The translations under genes were made by a program, and so were the position numbers. This document shows positions 35,274 to 41,611 of a stretch of 41,611 nucleotides of DNA, piece after piece. A model generated the notes under the pieces. That model was not told the DNA's origin. It searched no databases and worked only from the letters and a program-made list of their open reading frames with translations. This DNA comes from a virus, in the UHGV virus genome UHGV-0389583, one strand, 5' to 3'. How positions within the stretch are numbered: position 1 is the stretch's first letter; each line of letters starts with the position of its first letter.

Positions 35274-38200
35274 ATGGCAGAAAGTTTTTCCGTGAAGGCA
35301 ATATTGTCTGCACAGGATAAGGGATTTACGTCTGCTTTCAAATCCGCAATGGGTACCGTAAGCAATTTAAAAAGCACGCTCACGAGTGGAATCGGATTTG
35401 GAATCATGGCCGGAATTGGACAAAAGGCATTTGGTGCTGTCACATCCAGTATTGGTGGTATGGTGTCAGAGTTAAATTCTTCCAGCGCTGCATGGAAAAC
35501 ATTTAATGGAAACATGTCGATGGTTGGAAAAGGTGCTGACGAGATTGCATCTGTAAAAAAGGAATTGCAAGAGTTTGCAGAAGATACGATTTATAGTGCA
35601 TCTGATATGGCGAGTACTTATGCTCAGTTGAGTGCAGTTGGGATTAAAAGCACGAACAAGCTTGTAAAGGGATTCGGAGGGCTTGCTGCGGCGGCTGAGA
35701 ATCCAAAACAGGCAATGAAGACTTTAAGCCAGCAGGCTACACAGATGGCAGCAAAGCCAACAGTTGCATGGGCGGACTTTAAACTCATGATTGAGCAGAC
35801 TCCGGCTGGTATATCAGCAGTCGCAAAAGAAATGGGTATGACTACCACGGAGCTTGTACAGAATGTGCAGGACGGGAAAATCGCGACAGAAGATTTCTTC
35901 GATGCTATCGCAAAAGTCGGCACAAATGACGCGTTTACGAAGCTTGCAACAGAATATAAGACCGTAGATCAGGCGATGGACGGGTTGACTGAAACAGTAA
36001 GTAATAAACTTGCGCCATCATTCGATGTTTTATCTGGCCGAGCAATTAAGTCCTTGGACGGGATAATCAATAAAATTGGAGATCTTGATGGAGATGCAAT
36101 CGCAGGGAAATTAACTGGATTTCTCGATAAAGCAAGTGGATACTGGAATGTTTTAAAGACAGAGGTTTCCGAAATAAAGGCTGCTTTTGGAGATGCCTTT
36201 TCTGCAATCGGAGAAGATTTGGGGAAGATTACTGGTGCATTTGGCTCCACGGAAAGCATCAGTTCTTTTGCTGGTGTAATGGACTCTGCGAGTGGGGCAT
36301 TGCAAACATTTGCCGGATTCCTGAAAGAACATTCGGAGACCATCGCGAAAGTGATATCAAAACTCCCACAGCTTTTCGTTGCATATAAAGGCTTTAAGAT
36401 TGCGAAAAGTGTTGCTCCATTTGTAGGCACATTCACGAGTGCAATTGCCGGCCTTGCCGGAGCTGGAATAAGTAAAATCGCTGGGAAATTATTCGGAATT
36501 TCCAAAGGACAGAGAGCAGTTGAGGTATCGAGCAAGACGAGCGTAAAAGGAGTAACCTCTTTAAAAGAAGGCTTTAATTCACTTCAAAAAAGTGCTGGTA
36601 TTGCCTTAATAGTAAGCGCCTTAGCTGGTTTTGCACTTGCGGTAAAACCGCTGGCAGAATTAGGAACAACCGCTGTTGCTCCGCTTGCTGCATTCGGAGT
36701 TGTTGTCGGTGGTTTAGCAATCATACTTGGAACTATGGGAAAGAAACTGCAGGAAAGTGCAGTTGGCATTGCGGTGTTTGCTGGTGCGGTATCAGCAATG
36801 GCATTATCCATGACACCTCTTGCTAAAACTGGTACAGACGGAGCTGTTGCAATGGGAACATTCGGAGTTGTTATCGGTGGTTTGGTTGCAGTATTTGCGG
36901 TATTTGGGACGGCTCTGACAGCTGCTATACCAGCGATGCTTGCTTTCGGCGCAACCATCCTTATGGTTGGTGCTGGAATGTCTCTGGCAACGCCTTTTGT
37001 TGAAGCACTAGGAAGCGTAATTCAAATACTTGGAGATGTTGTTGTTCAAGTAATAGGGGTAATCACTGGTGCTATCGTAGCTATCTTCCCAGTATTCGGA
37101 AATTTTGTGTCAACTGTTTCTGATTCAGTTAGCCAAATAGTATCAGTTGTTGGCAATACACTTGTAAATATTTTTAAAACTGCCGGGGACATCATTACAG
37201 GTGTTATTGATTCATTAGGGGATGGGTTTAAAAAAGTCACAGACGGGATTTCGAAAGTTATAGATTCAATTAGTGGTGGATTTTCCAGTGTTTTGGATTC
37301 TGTTGCTGGAATCATTGACTCAATCGGAAACTCTGCCAAAAATGCTGGCAAAGGATTCGAGAGCGTAGCTGACGGTATCAACACGATTGCTAGTCTATCT
37401 ATTGTAGATATAGCAAAGGCACTCGGATCGGTAGCTATTGGTCTCGGAGAAATTTCTGCAAAAGGAAAAGGAATTGGTACCGTTGCAGATGGACTTAACG
37501 GAGTTATTGGAGCAATTACAATTGCATCGGTGCAGATTTCAATGTTTTCAGGAACTCTTACGCAACTAAATTCAACGGCCGTTCAAATTCCTACTAGCAT
37601 GGCTATGATTAGCGGAGCATTAGCAAGTTTTTCAATTCCTGTTATAGATACTGGCAGTATCATGGCAGCATTTGCTTCTATTAGTGCAGGTGCGGAAGCG
37701 CTGGTAGCACAACTGGATTCTTCGGCCGCGAAAGCCGGGGCGCAATTTTCAAAAGCGCTTACTAACGGTATGAATTCAGCTGCTAATTCCGTGCAGCGTG
37801 GTGTTTCTAAAATTACGTCATCTGCTAATAAACTTATTTCAATGCTGACGAATATTGCAACGCAGGCAATGAGCCAATTTAATTCCGCTCTATCCTCCGG
37901 TGCAAGTAGGGCAACTTCTACGGCGAGATCAATGTCAACGTCCATTTTGTCAGCACTTAACAGCACTTCATCTGGTGCTTATTCTTGCGGCGTGTATATT
38001 GGACAGGGACTTGCAAAAGGCATGGCATCTACACTTGGATATATCAGATCAGTTGCAGCGCAAATGGCTGCGGCTGCAGATGCGGCAGTCAGGGCAAAAG
38101 CGAAAATTCACAGTCCTTCAAGAGTATTTGCCGGGCTGGGTGTCTATGTAGGAGAGGGATTTGCACTTGGAATTGAGTCGATGTCCAGAAAGGTTGCAGA

Positions 38201-38447
38201 AGCTACGCAGAGCATTGTGGAGATCCCAACATTATACACAGATATGAGGATGCGAGCTTCAGGTGCTTTGGATTCTGAACTTTCCGGTGATTATTCCTAT
38301 AACAGAAATGTTACATACACAATCGTTGTGCCGGTTGAATATAACGGCAGAGAAGCAGCGCGTGTTACGGCGGAATTTACGCAGAAAGATCTGGAAAGAC
38401 GTGAGAGCATGAAGATGAGACTGAAAGGAGAAAGAAGCCATGTATGA
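35274..38447 (+). CDS. Tail tape measure protein
   Basis: 1057 aa, Ala/Gly-rich with repeated helical and TM segments; RBS aaaggagag. Confidence 0.85.
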   Translation: MAESFSVKAILSAQDKGFTSAFKSAMGTVSNLKSTLTSGIGFGIMAGIGQKAFGAVTSSIGGMVSELNSSSAAWKTFNGNMSMVGKGADEIASVKKELQEFAEDTIYSASDMASTYAQLSAVGIKSTNKLVKGFGGLAAAAENPKQAMKTLSQQATQMAAKPTVAWADFKLMIEQTPAGISAVAKEMGMTTTELVQNVQDGKIATEDFFDAIAKVGTNDAFTKLATEYKTVDQAMDGLTETVSNKLAPSFDVLSGRAIKSLDGIINKIGDLDGDAIAGKLTGFLDKASGYWNVLKTEVSEIKAAFGDAFSAIGEDLGKITGAFGSTESISSFAGVMDSASGALQTFAGFLKEHSETIAKVISKLPQLFVAYKGFKIAKSVAPFVGTFTSAIAGLAGAGISKIAGKLFGISKGQRAVEVSSKTSVKGVTSLKEGFNSLQKSAGIALIVSALAGFALAVKPLAELGTTAVAPLAAFGVVVGGLAIILGTMGKKLQESAVGIAVFAGAVSAMALSMTPLAKTGTDGAVAMGTFGVVIGGLVAVFAVFGTALTAAIPAMLAFGATILMVGAGMSLATPFVEALGSVIQILGDVVVQVIGVITGAIVAIFPVFGNFVSTVSDSVSQIVSVVGNTLVNIFKTAGDIITGVIDSLGDGFKKVTDGISKVIDSISGGFSSVLDSVAGIIDSIGNSAKNAGKGFESVADGINTIASLSIVDIAKALGSVAIGLGEISAKGKGIGTVADGLNGVIGAITIASVQISMFSGTLTQLNSTAVQIPTSMAMISGALASFSIPVIDTGSIMAAFASISAGAEALVAQLDSSAAKAGAQFSKALTNGMNSAANSVQRGVSKITSSANKLISMLTNIATQAMSQFNSALSSGASRATSTARSMSTSILSALNSTSSGAYSCGVYIGQGLAKGMASTLGYIRSVAAQMAAAADAAVRAKAKIHSPSRVFAGLGVYVGEGFALGIESMSRKVAEATQSIVEIPTLYTDMRMRASGALDSELSGDYSYNRNVTYTIVVPVEYNGREAARVTAEFTQKDLERRESMKMRLKGERSHV

Positions 38448-39972
38448 GTTTGTGGATACAAATAAGGCGGGGAGCAAGAGTTCCCTGCCGAGTGAGGCTC
38501 TGCAGATTGATGGGACATATATTGAAAATTTGATTGATGGATACAGAACTCTGTACGTGACCGGTCGTGAGCTTTTGGGATCGGAAATTTCGGAGAGAGA
38601 AATTGATCTTGTGGATGGGTCCGAGTATACGGGAAAGCGAGATACAACCAGAAGTATTACAGTTGGATACCAGTTGCTTTGCACATCTCCTAGAGAGTTT
38701 CAGGAAAAATTCAACAAACTCTCTGGAATCTTAAATAAGGAACAGGCAAAGCTGATTTTTGCAGATGAACCGGATAAATATTTTATCGGGACGAAATCAA
38801 GTGTAGGAGATGTGGAGCCAGGCAGATTGAACGTAAAAAGCGAATTTACTTTTTATTGTTGTGATCCACGGAAATATTCAGCAGCGGAAAAATCGTTTAC
38901 TGCCCATCAGGAAAGCGGATATCAGACGCTTACTATTGTAAATGGTGGTACAGAATCCGTTCCGGTAAGCTACGATATCACTCACAACCATGAAAATGGA
39001 TTTATTGGGATTGCCAGTAAATACGGTGCAATACAACTCGGCAAGATCGAAGAAGCAGACGGCGAAGACTATAAGGCGTCAGAGATACTGTCAGAGGGGT
39101 ATAGCCTGTTTCAAGACGATCACGGTACTTCTCATCAAAATCCGGAGAATACCACACAAGGAACGCTGGAAGTGCGGGACGTTGCCGGATACAGCGTAAT
39201 GGCTTTAAAGGGTGGGCAGGCTACGAACGGACACTGGAACGGCGGAATGAGAACACTTACTATCCCGGTTGACAGCGAGGGCAGACGTGGGGCAAAGAAC
39301 TTTTACTGTTACACGCAGCACTGGTTCGAGACTGGATTGATGGGACAGACGGGAGCACAGACTATTGCGTTTCTTACAGGGGAAAATGAAGTGATCTGCT
39401 CTATGTCTATTAACAAGAGTGATACGGTTGGTAATACGGCGCATGTGGACTGGTTCGCACCACAAAACAAGAAGATCAAGACACTGGATTTCCAGCCGAC
39501 AGCTTATGAGGGAAACCCGTTTAATTTAAAGATGGGTGGCGGTCATAATGATTTTTTAAAAGAGGGTGACAGGCTACGGATTTTTTGGTACGGTCAGTAT
39601 TATTATTTTACTATCCCGGAGATTAAAGACATGGCGTGTGAGAAGATACAGGTCTGGATCGGGCAGTGGGGAGACCGGAATCTCGGGAATCAGCTGGTTA
39701 CGCATAACTATCTTAAAAAAATCTGGTTCCGCAAAGATAACGTGGAAAAATACAGAGATGTGCCGAACCGGTATAAGTCCGGAGATGTGGTCTATATTGA
39801 TGGAAATGATACAGCGGTTTATGTAAACGGGATGAAGCGGATGGAAGATGAAATCCGAGGAAGTAAGCATTTTCTGGTACCGCCGGGAGAGACGGAGATC
39901 CAGTTCTCCTACTCGGCATTTAGCAGTCCGCCGCCAACGATTAAAGCAAAAATAAGGGAGGCATATTTATAA
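38440..39972 (+). CDS. Distal tail protein (Dit) with C-terminal extension
   Basis: 510 aa following the tape measure; N-terminal domain typical of siphovirus Dit. Confidence 0.7.
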   Translation: MYEFVDTNKAGSKSSLPSEALQIDGTYIENLIDGYRTLYVTGRELLGSEISEREIDLVDGSEYTGKRDTTRSITVGYQLLCTSPREFQEKFNKLSGILNKEQAKLIFADEPDKYFIGTKSSVGDVEPGRLNVKSEFTFYCCDPRKYSAAEKSFTAHQESGYQTLTIVNGGTESVPVSYDITHNHENGFIGIASKYGAIQLGKIEEADGEDYKASEILSEGYSLFQDDHGTSHQNPENTTQGTLEVRDVAGYSVMALKGGQATNGHWNGGMRTLTIPVDSEGRRGAKNFYCYTQHWFETGLMGQTGAQTIAFLTGENEVICSMSINKSDTVGNTAHVDWFAPQNKKIKTLDFQPTAYEGNPFNLKMGGGHNDFLKEGDRLRIFWYGQYYYFTIPEIKDMACEKIQVWIGQWGDRNLGNQLVTHNYLKKIWFRKDNVEKYRDVPNRYKSGDVVYIDGNDTAVYVNGMKRMEDEIRGSKHFLVPPGETEIQFSYSAFSSPPPTIKAKIREAYL

Positions 39973-41611
39973 TGAATGAAATCAGAATTGCCGTACTGAA
40001 TCCACATGACAGGGTGCTTGCATTTTTGGATAACACCCATCGAAACTCTATGCATTATTGGAACGATGAGCTCCATGAATATCTGCAGGGGACAGCGAAT
40101 ACATACGCATTTACGGTAAGTTCCAAACACGAGGATGCGGCGTATATCGTAGAAGGGAATAAAGTAGCCTTTGTATATAACGGAAAAGACTACTATCTGA
40201 ATATCGTACATGTGGAAAAGGATGAATTTACAGTTACTGCGACAGCATGGTCTTTAAGTTTCGAATTGATCAATGAGAATGTGGGTGCGTACAAATCTGA
40301 AAGCGCAATGAGCTTTGAGGAATATGTAACTGCCTTTGATCCGGAACGTACCGTGCGGATCGGGATCAATGAAGTGTCAGATAAGCGGATTTCAAACGAA
40401 TGGACAGGTGAGGCAACGGTACTGTCCCGTTTATTTTCCGTGGCGAATGTATTCGATGCGGAGATTGAGTTCCAGACTGTGTTAAATGATGATTATTCAC
40501 TGAAAGAAATTGTAATGAACGTGTATCGGGAACACTCAGACAATAACACGGGAGTTGGGGAGTTCCGGGGAGATATCAAACTGCGGTACGGGAAAAATGT
40601 TACCGGCATCCGGAAGGAATCCAGTATCGAAAATCTGTACACCGGTATCCGTCCAACAGGAAAGGATGGACTGACTATACAGGGAATTGAGAAAGAAGAG
40701 CTGGATGAGAACGGCGTAGTAGAGTTTTATACACAAGGTCCAGATATCCGGGCGCCGCAGGCAAGGGACAGATTTCCATCAAACCTGATAAACAAGGAAG
40801 ATGGATACATCTTTATGCCAAAATCCTACGATACGGATAACAAAGACAAACTGTACAGTATGGCGCTATCGGACTTGAGAACAGCATCTGAACCGGTCGT
40901 GACTTATGATGTGACGGGATACTTTGATACCGCTATCGGAGATACCGTGGAGATCGAAGATGAGGAGTACGTTCCTACCTTATACTTGAGTGCAAGAGTA
41001 TCGGAGCAGGTTCGCAGTTTCACGAATCCGCAAGCAAACAAGACAGTCTTTACCAATTTTAAAGAGCTGCAGTCGGAAATCTCGGAAGATTTGCTGCAGA
41101 AAGTAGAGGATCTGATTAACAAAACAAAGATTTACACCTGCTCCATTGCCACAAACAACGGCATCATCTTTAAAAATGGTATCGGCAGCACTACTCTGAC
41201 AGCTTACGCTTACGATAACGGCGTGGACGTCACGGGCAATCTGGAAATCCGGTGGAGTAAAGATGGGACAGAGTTTTACGTTGGCAAGAGTGTTACGGTA
41301 AATGCTACGGACGTGGATACAAAGGCGGTGTACTCATTTGAGGCTCTAGAAAATGGGATAAAACGTGGGTATTACGAGGTCACAATCACGGATGTAATGG
41401 ATGGAGAGGATGGAAAAGACGGGGAACAGGGTCCGCAAGGTGAGAAAGGAGAGCAAGGCGAACAGGGACCTCCGGGTCCACAAGGCGCTCCGGGATTGGA
41501 TGGTATACAGGGTCCAAAAGGGGATCAGGGAATTCCGGGAAAAGATGGGAAGGACGGAAAAACACAGTACACCCACATTGCTTATGCAAACAGCGCAGAC
41601 GGTAGGACAGA
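39972..41611 (+). CDS. Tail-associated protein (Tal, prophage-tail N-terminal domain) fused to the collagen-repeat fibre. 3' partial: continues in frame into the ORF at the window start
   Basis: Follows Dit; C-terminal GEQGPQGEKGEQGEQGPPGPQGAPG...[15 protein letters not shown] repeats the module seen at the window start. Confidence 0.75.
   Translation, partial: MNEIRIAVLNPHDRVLAFLDNTHRNSMHYWNDELHEYLQGTANTYAFTVSSKHEDAAYIVEGNKVAFVYNGKDYYLNIVHVEKDEFTVTATAWSLSFELINENVGAYKSESAMSFEEYVTAFDPERTVRIGINEVSDKRISNEWTGEATVLSRLFSVANVFDAEIEFQTVLNDDYSLKEIVMNVYREHSDNNTGVGEFRGDIKLRYGKNVTGIRKESSIENLYTGIRPTGKDGLTIQGIEKEELDENGVVEFYTQGPDIRAPQARDRFPSNLINKEDGYIFMPKSYDTDNKDKLYSMALSDLRTASEPVVTYDVTGYFDTAIGDTVEIEDEEYVPTLYLSARVSEQVRSFTNPQANKTVFTNFKELQSEISEDLLQKVEDLINKTKIYTCSIATNNGIIFKNGIGSTTLTAYAYDNGVDVTGNLEIRWSKDGTEFYVGKSVTVNATDVDTKAVYSFEALENGIKRGYYEVTITDVMDGEDGKDGEQGPQGEKGEQGEQGPPGPQGAPGLDGIQGPKGDQGIPGKDGKDGKTQYTHIAYANSADGRT

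Noticed and set aside
35624-37966. Several minus-strand ORFs (99 to 188 aa) inside the tape measure gene
   Set aside because: Ala/Gly-rich antisense frames of a low-complexity gene; no RBS; fully nested in a high-confidence 1057-aa CDS.
1-41611. CRISPR arrays, retron or diversity-generating retroelement associated with the fibre gene
   Set aside because: No direct-repeat/spacer arrays and no reverse-transcriptase-like ORF anywhere in the window; the repeats in the fibre are in-frame protein modules.

Overview
The window reads as one complete temperate siphovirus genome of about 41.6 kb, of the type carried by low-GC Firmicutes (Clostridia-like). The last ORF (39972..41611) and the first ORF (2..2248) join in frame across the window ends into one large Tal/collagen-repeat tail-fiber gene, so the window is probably a circular or circularly permuted contig opened inside that gene.

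Gene order from window start:
- Tail-fiber C-terminus, then the lysis cassette: XhlA-like protein, holin, Amidase_3 endolysin.
- A three-gene minus-strand moron cassette and a small promoter-equipped gene.
- A large serine integrase (minus strand) with a candidate attP.
- A membrane-anchored HNH-nuclease moron.
- A divergent CI/Cro switch with three TTCGAA-N4-TCGAA operators.
- Rha and AntA antirepressors and a reverse-strand HExxH moron with a perfect 13-bp inverted-repeat operator.
- Small early genes, then a replication module: Erf/Sak-like SSAP, SSB, ERCC4-type nuclease, CHC2 primase finger, P-loop helicase.
- A GGTTACC iteron-like repeat field.
- An ArpU-like late regulator, a terminator, a degenerate tRNA-like element and tRNA-Asn(GTT).
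- TerS, TerL, portal, Mu-F head morphogenesis protein, Prp-like protease, scaffold, major capsid, collagen-like decoration candidate, connector proteins.
- An HK97 gp10-like gene split by an IS630-family insertion (TA duplication, about 30-bp imperfect terminal inverted repeats).
- Major tail protein, G/T chaperones, tape measure, Dit, Tal.

Most notable finding: the major capsid gene and the major tail gene each end with a G_GGG run followed by a conserved stem-loop/pseudoknot. The -1 frame encodes the same Lys-rich peptide after both genes, which looks like paired programmed -1 frameshift cassettes. Scaffold, capsid and tail tube also all carry an N-terminal MLQLFA motif resembling a Prp cleavage site.
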